DNA of 64,000 nt, taken from Actinomycetes bacterium (GTDB taxonomy: Bacteria; Actinomycetota; Coriobacteriia; Anaerosomatales; JAGXFU01). Location: assembly GCA_024637115.1 (NCBI GenBank), contig JAGXFU010000005.1, forward strand, positions 1-64,000, written 5' to 3'. The number at the start of each line of letters is the position of its first letter. Position 1 is the stretch's first letter. The translations under genes were made by a program, and so were the position numbers. Positions 40,050 through 47,989 of the stretch are shown here, piece by piece. The notes under the pieces were generated by a model. The model was not told the DNA's origin. It saw only the letters and a list, made by a program, of their open reading frames with translations, and did no database searches.

Positions 40050-42029
40050 ATGAGCAACATTCCCCCACATAAAGCCAGCGAAGCAGACAAAGATCGCGTC
40101 TTTGCACCGTGCCGCGCACGTTGTCCGGTGCACATCGACGTTCCGGGCTACCTCTCCGCAGTAGCGGAAGGCAGGTTCACCGACGCGCTTGAGATCGTCA
40201 TGCAACGCAATCCGCTTCCCTCGGTGTGTGGGCGAGTCTGCCTGCGTCCGTGCGAGGAGGGGTGTCGACGATGCAACCTTGACGAACCCGTGGCAATTGC
40301 CGCCCTCAAGCGCGCCGCAGCAGACCACGGTGCTTACCCGCTTCCGCGCCCCATGGGAACACGTCCGGAGCGCGTGGCGATCATCGGCTCAGGGCCCACG
40401 GGTCTGACTGCCGCACACGATCTGGCTCAGCTCGGCATGAAGGTAACCCTGTTTGAGGAGAAGCCGAAGCTTGGAGGGATGCTCCGTTACGGAATCCCGA
40501 ATTACCGACTCCCCGATGACGCCCTTGATCGCGACATCGGCCATATCGTCTCTCTCGGAGTCGAAACGATCACCGGCGTGCGAGTTGGAAGGGACTTGAA
40601 CCTGGACGAACTCGCACAGACGTTCGACGCTGTTCTGATAGCAGCGGGCCTACAAGGCAGTCGCTCAGTTCCCATCGACGGCGCTCACCTTCCCCAGGTG
40701 ATGACCGCCCTCGACTTCCTCGAACGATCGGCATCGGGAGAGAAGCTCGATCTCGGAGAGAGAGTAGTCGTTGTCGGCGGTGGAAATGTAGCGATGGACG
40801 TTGCGCGCACGGCGATAAGACAACATGCCCAATCAGTGGATGTGATCTGTCTTGAGAGCCGCGATGAGATGCCTGCATCTGAGCATGAAATCGAAGATGC
40901 AACCCTCGAGGGTGCAAACGTTCACTGCTCCTGGGGTCCACACGCTGTGATCGGTGATGAGAACGTCTGTGCGCTCGACACGGTGCGCTGCACGTCGATC
41001 TTTGACAGCGAGAAGCGGTTTGCCCCGGAGTTCGATGAGAGCGAGCTGCGCCGGTTTGAGGCGGACACGATCATCCTCGCCATCGGTCAGTCCGCGGACG
41101 TGGGCGACCTCGGCATCAATCTCACCCACCGGGGCTCGCCGATAGTAGATCCGGTCACCTTACGCACTTCTCACGAGGGCATCTACGCGGCGGGCGATGT
41201 CGTCACAGGCCCGACCAGGATCATCGATGCAATCGCCCACGGTCATCGTGCCGCTGCAGCCATCTTTGGCGCACTGGTCGATGACTGGAGCCTGCTGAGA
41301 GAACTCGACCTGGAAAACACCGTCCTCGGAGAGATTCCGCCGCATATGTCAGAGATGCTCGAGACACGCCGGCGGATCCAAATGGAAACGGTCCCGTTCT
41401 ACGAGGCGATCAAGAACTGGGGCGAGATCGAAGAAGGATACACAGAATATGAAGCGGCTCGGGAAGCTCAACGATGTCTTGGGTGCACCACGGGCGCTCG
41501 TCTTGCGCAGGAGAAGTGCGCGTCGTGCCTCAGTTGTATGCGGGTGTGCCCGCACGGCGCACCCGGTGTTCACGTAGGTGGATACATGTACTTCGACATG
41601 GAGGCGTGCCATGCATGCGGCACGTGTGCATCTGCCTGTCCCGGCAGCGCGATCAGCATCGAAGGGTGCTCGCCGGACGAGATGGTACTTCGCGTTCAGC
41701 GCGCACTTGCCTCCCCAACGATCGACCAGACGATCGCCTTCGTCTGCGGGCATACGCGTAACGCGCTTGAAACGCTCGATCCCAACGCGCGGATTGTCAC
41801 CGTGTCATGTCTCCTTCGCGTTGACGAGAGCACCGTCTTGCAGGCGTTTCGCTCCGGCGCCGGACGTGTCGCATTCTCGGAGTGCGACACGGGCACATGC
41901 AGATTCCCCCACGCGCTCAAACTGGTAGCGCAGCGTGAGAGAAGTATCGTCTCCGCCCTCACTCAGATCGGCATGGGCGACTCGTTTCGCATCGTTGGTC
42001 CGGCCTCCGATGAGGAGGCTCCCTCATGA
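40050..42029 (+). CDS. GltD-like NAD(P)H-dependent FAD oxidoreductase fused to 2x[4Fe-4S] ferredoxin and a C-terminal MvhD-like domain
   Basis: N-terminus has a GltD-type Fe-S region (CPVHIDV...CGRVCLRPCEEGC). Two dinucleotide-binding motifs (VAIIGSGPTGL; VVVVGGGNVAMD). Two CxxCxxCxxxCP ferredoxin motifs. The C-terminus is MvhD-like (IAFVCGHTRNA...VSCLLRVD...FSECDTGTC). Its 3' end overlaps metV by 4 nt. Confidence 0.7.
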   Translation: MSNIPPHKASEADKDRVFAPCRARCPVHIDVPGYLSAVAEGRFTDALEIVMQRNPLPSVCGRVCLRPCEEGCRRCNLDEPVAIAALKRAAADHGAYPLPRPMGTRPERVAIIGSGPTGLTAAHDLAQLGMKVTLFEEKPKLGGMLRYGIPNYRLPDDALDRDIGHIVSLGVETITGVRVGRDLNLDELAQTFDAVLIAAGLQGSRSVPIDGAHLPQVMTALDFLERSASGEKLDLGERVVVVGGGNVAMDVARTAIRQHAQSVDVICLESRDEMPASEHEIEDATLEGANVHCSWGPHAVIGDENVCALDTVRCTSIFDSEKRFAPEFDESELRRFEADTIILAIGQSADVGDLGINLTHRGSPIVDPVTLRTSHEGIYAAGDVVTGPTRIIDAIAHGHRAAAAIFGALVDDWSLLRELDLENTVLGEIPPHMSEMLETRRRIQMETVPFYEAIKNWGEIEEGYTEYEAAREAQRCLGCTTGARLAQEKCASCLSCMRVCPHGAPGVHVGGYMYFDMEACHACGTCASACPGSAISIEGCSPDEMVLRVQRALASPTIDQTIAFVCGHTRNALETLDPNARIVTVSCLLRVDESTVLQAFRSGAGRVAFSECDTGTCRFPHALKLVAQRERSIVSALTQIGMGDSFRIVGPASDEEAPS

Positions 42030-42682
42030 TCGTCGTGCGAAGAAAACCGATTGACGAGATTTTGAAGATGGTCGGTCGCCACACACGTGTGATGCTCGTG
42101 GGGTGCAATACCTGTGCTGCAGTCTCTCTCGCCGGGGGCCAGAAAGAGGTGGACACTCTCATTGAGCTCCTCTCACTCGCCGCATCACGCAAGGGATTCT
42201 CTGTTGAGTTCTCAGACGCCATTCTCGAGCGTCAGTGCGAGCCCGAGTTCATCGAGAAACTCGATTCTCAGGGGTATGACGCAATCCTCTCCCTGGGATG
42301 CGGAGCCGGAGTCGCCACACTGGCCGGCGACAACGACAAACCCGTCTACCCCGCACTCGATACCCTGTTCATTGGATCGGCACAGGGTTTCGCGAGCTGG
42401 CAGGCCGAGTGCTCAGCCTGCGGCTCATGCGTACTCGGAGAGACCTGCGGGATATGCCCGACCACGCGCTGCGCGAAGGGCATCCTAAACGGCCCCTGTG
42501 GCGGCGTGAAGGACGGCACCTGCGAACTTGGCGATCGACCATGCGCATGGGTTGAGATCTACGACCGCCTCGAATCATTGGGGCGCATCGATGACTTTGG
42601 AAAGACCATGCCGGCCAAGGACAATTCGATCTCAGCCCGTTGCTGCGAGTGGGATATGACCAAGGAGGGAGATGACTCGTGA
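42026..42682 (+). CDS. metV: MetV, zinc-ribbon/Fe-S small subunit of acetogen-type methylene-THF reductase
   Basis: 218-aa Cys-rich protein (CNTCAAVS..., CGICPTTRC, CGGVKDGTC) immediately upstream of metF and overlapping it by 4 nt. Confidence 0.7.
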   Translation: MIVVRRKPIDEILKMVGRHTRVMLVGCNTCAAVSLAGGQKEVDTLIELLSLAASRKGFSVEFSDAILERQCEPEFIEKLDSQGYDAILSLGCGAGVATLAGDNDKPVYPALDTLFIGSAQGFASWQAECSACGSCVLGETCGICPTTRCAKGILNGPCGGVKDGTCELGDRPCAWVEIYDRLESLGRIDDFGKTMPAKDNSISARCCEWDMTKEGDDS

Positions 42683-43545
42683 ACCTCCATGACGCACTCT
42701 CTTCAGGAACGTTCGCCGTCACGTCCGAAGTCGGACCGCCCAAAGGAACCGATGTCTCCGAGATGCTCGCGAGCGCTGAGATCCTTCGTGGCCGTGTACA
42801 CGCCCTGAACGTCACCGACAATCAGGCTGCGGTCATGCGGCTCTGCACGCTCGCCGCTTGCATCCACCTCAAGAATGCGGGGCACGACGCCGTCTACCAG
42901 GTCACATGCCGAGATCGAAACCGACTTGCCATGCAATCCGATCTCCTCGGTGCTGCGTCATTTGGCATCACCAATGTGCTCGCTCTCACGGGCGACCATA
43001 TCGTGGTCGGAGATCACCCTGCTGCAAAGAGCGTCTTCGACTACGAGTCGGTGCAACTGCTTGAGACCATCGTGGATCTCAAGGGCGGACGGGATGCCGC
43101 CGGCAATGAGTTGCATGGTGTCCCCGACTTCACGATAGGGGCAGTCGTCACGCCGGATGCAAAGCCATTTCGTCCTCAACTCGCAAAGTTTGAGAAGAAG
43201 GTGAGAGCCGGGGCCACCTACTTCCAGACCCAGGCCGTATACGACCCTGAATCATTCACCAGTTTCTCCGCCTATGCGCGCGGCCTGGGTGTGAAGATTC
43301 TCGCCGGAGTCGTGGTGCTGCGCTCCGCGGGAATGGCGCGATTCATGAACAAGAACATCCCCGGGATCGAGGTGCCGCAGGCGCTCATAGATCAACTTGA
43401 AGCATCAAATGACCCTGTTCAGACAGGTATTGAGATCACCGCACGCTTCATTGAACAGGTCAGAAGCGAGTGCGATGGCGTGCATGTCATGGCCGTGGGT
43501 GCCGAACACCTCGTACCCCGTATCCTCGATGCAGCAGGACTCTAG
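42679..43545 (+). CDS. metF: 5,10-methylenetetrahydrofolate reductase
   Basis: 288-aa MTHFR TIM barrel (LNVTDNQAA...ITNVLALTGD...YFQTQAVYD). Confidence 0.85.
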   Translation: MNLHDALSSGTFAVTSEVGPPKGTDVSEMLASAEILRGRVHALNVTDNQAAVMRLCTLAACIHLKNAGHDAVYQVTCRDRNRLAMQSDLLGAASFGITNVLALTGDHIVVGDHPAAKSVFDYESVQLLETIVDLKGGRDAAGNELHGVPDFTIGAVVTPDAKPFRPQLAKFEKKVRAGATYFQTQAVYDPESFTSFSAYARGLGVKILAGVVVLRSAGMARFMNKNIPGIEVPQALIDQLEASNDPVQTGIEITARFIEQVRSECDGVHVMAVGAEHLVPRILDAAGL

Positions 43546-43554
43546 GAGGCCCGT

Positions 43555-44334
43555 ATGAAGATAGCGATCTCAGGCAAGGGCGGTGTTGGCAAGACAACGC
43601 TGTCATCGAGCCTTGCCCGACTCTGGGCAGCCGAAGGACGTCGGGTCATCGCTATCGATGCCGATCCCGACGCGAATCTGGCGATAGCCCTCGGCGCAGA
43701 TCCTGCGCTCGCTGCCGCATGCACGCCTCTGACCCAGATGGACGATCTCATCGAAGAGCGCACGGGAGCCGCACCCGGCAAGGGAGGCATGTTCCGGCTC
43801 AATCCGGACGTCTCCGATGTCGTAGATACCTGTGGCACGGACATCGATGGCGTCACGTTGCTAAGAATGGGCACCGTTGAGCGAGGCGGGTCCGGATGCA
43901 TGTGCTCCGAGGGAACGTTCCTCAAGGCATTCATGCGTCATCTGCTCATAGAGCGCACTGATGTGGCCATCCTCGACATGGAGGCAGGTCTCGAACACCT
44001 GGGACGCGGTACCGCGGAGAATGTCGATCTCTTCGTGGTGGTCGTGGAGCCCGGAGGTCGGGCAGTGCAGACGGCGCATGCCGTGCGTTCGCTCGCGCGC
44101 GACATAGGCGTGAGTGATGTAGTCGCCGTGGGAAACCGCGTGCGTGATGCAGAAGATATCGAGTTCCTTGTCGGAGCATTGGGCGACATCGAACTGCTCG
44201 GCACGCTTCCTGACAGTGACAACATACGTCGAGCCGATCGTGAGGGCGTTTCACCTTATGGCGTCGACGACGAGTACAACGAAGCGTTGCGCGACATCGC
44301 TGCACGCATCGTCAACATGGCCGCTGGCGCGTAA
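43555..44334 (+). CDS. cooC: Second CooC/AcsF-type Ni-insertion ATPase
   Basis: Deviant Walker A GKGGVGKTT and a C-x-C motif (GCMCS), 259 aa. Confidence 0.85.
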   Translation: MKIAISGKGGVGKTTLSSSLARLWAAEGRRVIAIDADPDANLAIALGADPALAAACTPLTQMDDLIEERTGAAPGKGGMFRLNPDVSDVVDTCGTDIDGVTLLRMGTVERGGSGCMCSEGTFLKAFMRHLLIERTDVAILDMEAGLEHLGRGTAENVDLFVVVVEPGGRAVQTAHAVRSLARDIGVSDVVAVGNRVRDAEDIEFLVGALGDIELLGTLPDSDNIRRADREGVSPYGVDDEYNEALRDIAARIVNMAAGA

Positions 44335-44348
44335 CCAAGGAGGAACAG

Positions 44349-45173
44349 ATGCTGGTAATTGGCGAGAAGGTAAACATCATGAGCAAGACGATCGGCCCCG
44401 CGATGAAGAATCGCGAGGCCGGCCCGATTCAGGAGATGGCTCGCAGGCAGGTCGAAGGCGGCGCGAACATCCTCGACGTCAACCTGGGTCCGGCGACCAA
44501 GGGCGGCCCGGAGATGATGGAGTACGTCGTGCAGGTCGTGCAAGAGGCCGTGCCCGACACGCGCCTCTGCCTCGACACAATGAATCCCGAGGCGATGGAA
44601 GCGGGCTTGCGCGTCTGCAAGCTTCAGCCCGTCATCAACTCCACATCGGCCGAACGCGCCCGACTTGAGACGTATCTCCCTATGGCCAAGCGCTACGATG
44701 CCGAGATCATCGGCCTGGCAATGACCGAGGCCGGCGTGAGCCGGGATGCAAACGAGCGGGTTGAAGCGGCGATGATCATCATGGCCGCGATGGCCGAGTT
44801 CGATGTGCCCCTCGACCGACTCTATCTCGACCCGCTGCTCCTCCCGGTCGGGGTCGCGCAGCAACAGGCGGTTGAGGCGACCGAGGCGATCAACATGTTC
44901 GGGATGCTCAACGATCCGCCGCTCAAGACCGTCGTCGGACTCTCGAACATCTACAACGGGTGCCCGGAGCACGTGAAGTCACCGATGGCGGCGGCGCTCC
45001 TCGCCCTGCTTATCCCAGCGGGGCTCTCTGCCGCTATCATGGATCCGAACGATGAACTGCAGATGGCCGTCGTAGAGCAGGATATGTCGGTGCTCTCTGC
45101 CGACGATACAATGGCAAAGTCCATCGCCGTGCTCAAGAACGAGACCCTGTACTGCGACTCTTATCTCGACTAG
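44349..45173 (+). CDS. acsE: Methyltetrahydrofolate:corrinoid/iron-sulfur protein methyltransferase (MeTr, AcsE)
   Basis: 274-aa pterin-binding TIM barrel (ILDVNLGP...INSTSA...NIYNG). Confidence 0.85.
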   Translation: MLVIGEKVNIMSKTIGPAMKNREAGPIQEMARRQVEGGANILDVNLGPATKGGPEMMEYVVQVVQEAVPDTRLCLDTMNPEAMEAGLRVCKLQPVINSTSAERARLETYLPMAKRYDAEIIGLAMTEAGVSRDANERVEAAMIIMAAMAEFDVPLDRLYLDPLLLPVGVAQQQAVEATEAINMFGMLNDPPLKTVVGLSNIYNGCPEHVKSPMAAALLALLIPAGLSAAIMDPNDELQMAVVEQDMSVLSADDTMAKSIAVLKNETLYCDSYLD

Positions 45174-45196
45174 CCGCCACCGGAACCGGAGACGAC

Positions 45197-45703
45197 ATGG
45201 CTGATTGTGCATGCCAGGGTAATGCCAAGGACGATCTCGACCTCACAATGCTGAGTGTCGTGTTCGAAGCGCACGCCAACGACCCGGGTGCGCTCATACC
45301 GATACTCCAGGAGACACAAGCTATTCTGGGTTACCTGCCCGAGTCCGCCCTGCGGGAGATCGCGCGACAGCGGGACATTCCTCTCTCAGAGGTATACGGA
45401 GTGGCATCCTTCTACACGCAGTTCCACCAGGAACCCCGCGGCGAGACTATCGTAAAGATATGCCACGGCACCGCATGCCATGTCGCCGGCGCTCCTGAGA
45501 TCACGCGTGCGATCACCGAGGAACTCGGCGTTGGGGTTGGCGAGACCTCTGAGGACATGCGCTTCACTGTCGAAGGGGTCGCGTGCATCGGGTGCTGCGG
45601 GCTGGCACCGGTCGTGGTGATCGGAGATCAGACGCATGGAGCTGTTGACGGTGCTTCTGCGCGCAAACTCGCAAAACAGCTCACCCGGAAGGCGACGCGA
45701 TGA
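45197..45703 (+). CDS. NuoE/HydC-like thioredoxin-fold [2Fe-2S] subunit
   Basis: CHGTACH...CIGCCGLAP motif pattern of NuoE/24-kDa subunits, 168 aa. Confidence 0.8.
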   Translation: MADCACQGNAKDDLDLTMLSVVFEAHANDPGALIPILQETQAILGYLPESALREIARQRDIPLSEVYGVASFYTQFHQEPRGETIVKICHGTACHVAGAPEITRAITEELGVGVGETSEDMRFTVEGVACIGCCGLAPVVVIGDQTHGAVDGASARKLAKQLTRKATR

Positions 45704-47523
45704 CGACCGCGCATTCCACGAGCACCGGTGTGACTGCCGAGGTCATCGAGATTCGCGTGTGCGCCGGAACCGGCTGCGTGGCCAACGGATCACTTGAGGT
45801 GGCGCACCGTTTCGATGATGCGATCGAGCAGGCTGCTGCCGCGGACCGGGTTCGGGTGGTACGAACCGGATGTCACGGCCTGTGCGCAAAGGGTCCCGTG
45901 GTCGTGGTCGCCCCGGAAGGCGTCTTCTATCCTTCGGTCGACGTCCACGCGGCCTCAGATATTCTCGAAGCCCTTCTGTCCGGCACCGGCCCTGCACGAG
46001 AGCATCTCTACCGGGAATCTGAAGATGCCGAGGCCATCGAACTCTATGCCGATATCCCGTTCAACACACGACAGGAACGCATCGTGCTGCGGAACTGTGG
46101 CGTGATCGATCCGGAGGATCTCGGAGCAGCGCGCGCTGCCGGAACCTACGAAGCTCTTCGGCAGACCCTTGAGAACCTGACTCCCTCTGATGTCATCGAG
46201 GAGATGAAGAAGTCCGGATTGCGTGGTCGTGGTGGTGCGGGCTTCACGACCGGCCTCAAGTGGCAGCTTGCGCACGATTCCGAGGCGGACATCAAGTACA
46301 TGATCTGCAATGCCGACGAGGGCGATCCCGGGGCGTTCATGGATCGCAGCCTGCTCGAAGGCGATCCGCACGGCGTTCTAGAGGGCATGATCATCGCGGC
46401 CTATGCAATCGGCGCCAGTGAAGGATACGTGTATGTGCGCGCCGAGTACCCGCTCGCGGTAACACGTCTCAAGAAGGCGCTCGCCGATGCAACAGCGGCG
46501 GGATTCCTTGGGACTCGGATTCTGGGAAGCGACTTCTCGTTCACGATCCACGTCCGCGAGGGCGCCGGAGCATTCGTCTGCGGCGAAGAGACGGCGTTGA
46601 TTGCTTCGATCGAGGGACACCGCGGAATGCCCCGACCTCGTCCCCCGTTCCCAACGACATCGGGTCTGTGGAACGCGCCAACATGCATCAACAACGTTGA
46701 AACGCTCGCCAATGTCGCGTGGATCATCACTCACGGGGCAGAGGCGTATGCATCGATCGGGAGCGCTACGAGTTGCGGAACGAAGGTCTTTGCCCTCACC
46801 GGGAAGGTGAGACACAGCGGCCTTGTCGAGGTTCCGTTCGGCCTGACTGTCGGAGAGCTCGTGCACGAGGTTGGCGGAGGATGCGCCGACGGCCACGAGC
46901 CCAAAGCGGTGCAGATCGGCGGGCCAAGCGGAGGTTGTCTCCCGGCATCGCTTTTTGACACGCGAATCGAGTACGACGCGCTGATGTCGGTGGGTGCGAT
47001 CGTTGGATCCGGCGGGATGGTCGTTGTCGACGAGCGCACCTGCATGGTGGAGCTTGCGCGCTACTTCCTCACCTTCACCCAAGATGAATCGTGCGGAAAA
47101 TGCGTGCCGTGCCGGGTAGGCACCAAGCGCATGCTCGAGATCGTCTCCCGGATCACCGAAGGACACGGCGAGCCGGGAGACATCGAACTCCTTGAAGAGC
47201 TCGCCGATGTCGTGAAGACGACGTCGCTGTGCGGACTCGGCCAGACCGCTCCCAATCCGGTGCTCACTACACTCCGCTATTTCAGGGACGAGTACGTAGA
47301 GCATGTCGAAGAGCATCGATGCCGGGCATGTGCGTGCTCGGCACTCTCAACATTCGTTGTGGTGGATAGCCTCTGCAAGGGGTGCGGCGTATGCAAGAAG
47401 CGCTGTCCGGTTGACGCCATCACAGGAGAGCTCAAAGGAATCTACGTCATAGATTCCGAGAAGTGCATGAAATGCGGCATCTGTGAGACTCACTGCCCGT
47501 TCGACGCTATCGAGCGCGTCTAG
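45700..47523 (+). CDS. NuoF/HydB-like NAD(P)H-binding FMN Fe-S subunit with an N-terminal [2Fe-2S] domain and C-terminal 2x[4Fe-4S] domain
   Basis: 51-kDa-type core (GRGGAGFTTGLKW, FMN/NADH sites, CGKCVPCR). Also carries the N-terminal Trx-like 2Fe-2S domain and the two C-terminal CxxCxxCxxxCP motifs seen in HydB of bifurcating hydrogenase/FDH complexes, 607 aa. Confidence 0.8.
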   Translation: MTTAHSTSTGVTAEVIEIRVCAGTGCVANGSLEVAHRFDDAIEQAAAADRVRVVRTGCHGLCAKGPVVVVAPEGVFYPSVDVHAASDILEALLSGTGPAREHLYRESEDAEAIELYADIPFNTRQERIVLRNCGVIDPEDLGAARAAGTYEALRQTLENLTPSDVIEEMKKSGLRGRGGAGFTTGLKWQLAHDSEADIKYMICNADEGDPGAFMDRSLLEGDPHGVLEGMIIAAYAIGASEGYVYVRAEYPLAVTRLKKALADATAAGFLGTRILGSDFSFTIHVREGAGAFVCGEETALIASIEGHRGMPRPRPPFPTTSGLWNAPTCINNVETLANVAWIITHGAEAYASIGSATSCGTKVFALTGKVRHSGLVEVPFGLTVGELVHEVGGGCADGHEPKAVQIGGPSGGCLPASLFDTRIEYDALMSVGAIVGSGGMVVVDERTCMVELARYFLTFTQDESCGKCVPCRVGTKRMLEIVSRITEGHGEPGDIELLEELADVVKTTSLCGLGQTAPNPVLTTLRYFRDEYVEHVEEHRCRACACSALSTFVVVDSLCKGCGVCKKRCPVDAITGELKGIYVIDSEKCMKCGICETHCPFDAIERV

Positions 47524-47554
47524 GATCGATCTGCTGTGCGAAAGAGGAGGATTC

Positions 47555-47989
47555 ATGAAGGTGAGCGACATCATGACCGCCAGAGTCGTGGCCGCACCCC
47601 AAGACGCTACCGTCACGCAGGTTGCCCGAAGGATGCGCGACGAGTGCGTTGGATCAGTCATCATCACTACGCCCGAAGGCACGCTTGCGGGCATCGTCAC
47701 AGACCGTCAGATCACACACACCTGCATCGCCGACGGTCTCGATCCCAATAGTGTGCTCGTGCGGGAGATCATGTTCTCCGACTTCGTACCGCTCGAACCA
47801 GAGATGGATCTGCTCACCGCGATACGCCTCCAGCAAGAGGTCGCCATGCGTCGGATACCGGTGGTCGAGAACGGAATCCCGGTTGGAATCGTCTCCGTTT
47901 CAGATATCGCTCTGTTCGCTAAGGAGCTTATCGACTGCGTACTCGTAGAGGGCGAAGTCCGCGTTCTGCGGCGAGGGGCAAAGAAGTGA
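47555..47989 (+). CDS. CBS-pair domain protein
   Basis: Start at the internal ATG, preceded by GAGGAGG. Two tandem CBS motifs in 144 aa and no other domain. Overlaps the fdhA start by 4 nt. Confidence 0.65.
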   Translation: MKVSDIMTARVVAAPQDATVTQVARRMRDECVGSVIITTPEGTLAGIVTDRQITHTCIADGLDPNSVLVREIMFSDFVPLEPEMDLLTAIRLQQEVAMRRIPVVENGIPVGIVSVSDIALFAKELIDCVLVEGEVRVLRRGAKK

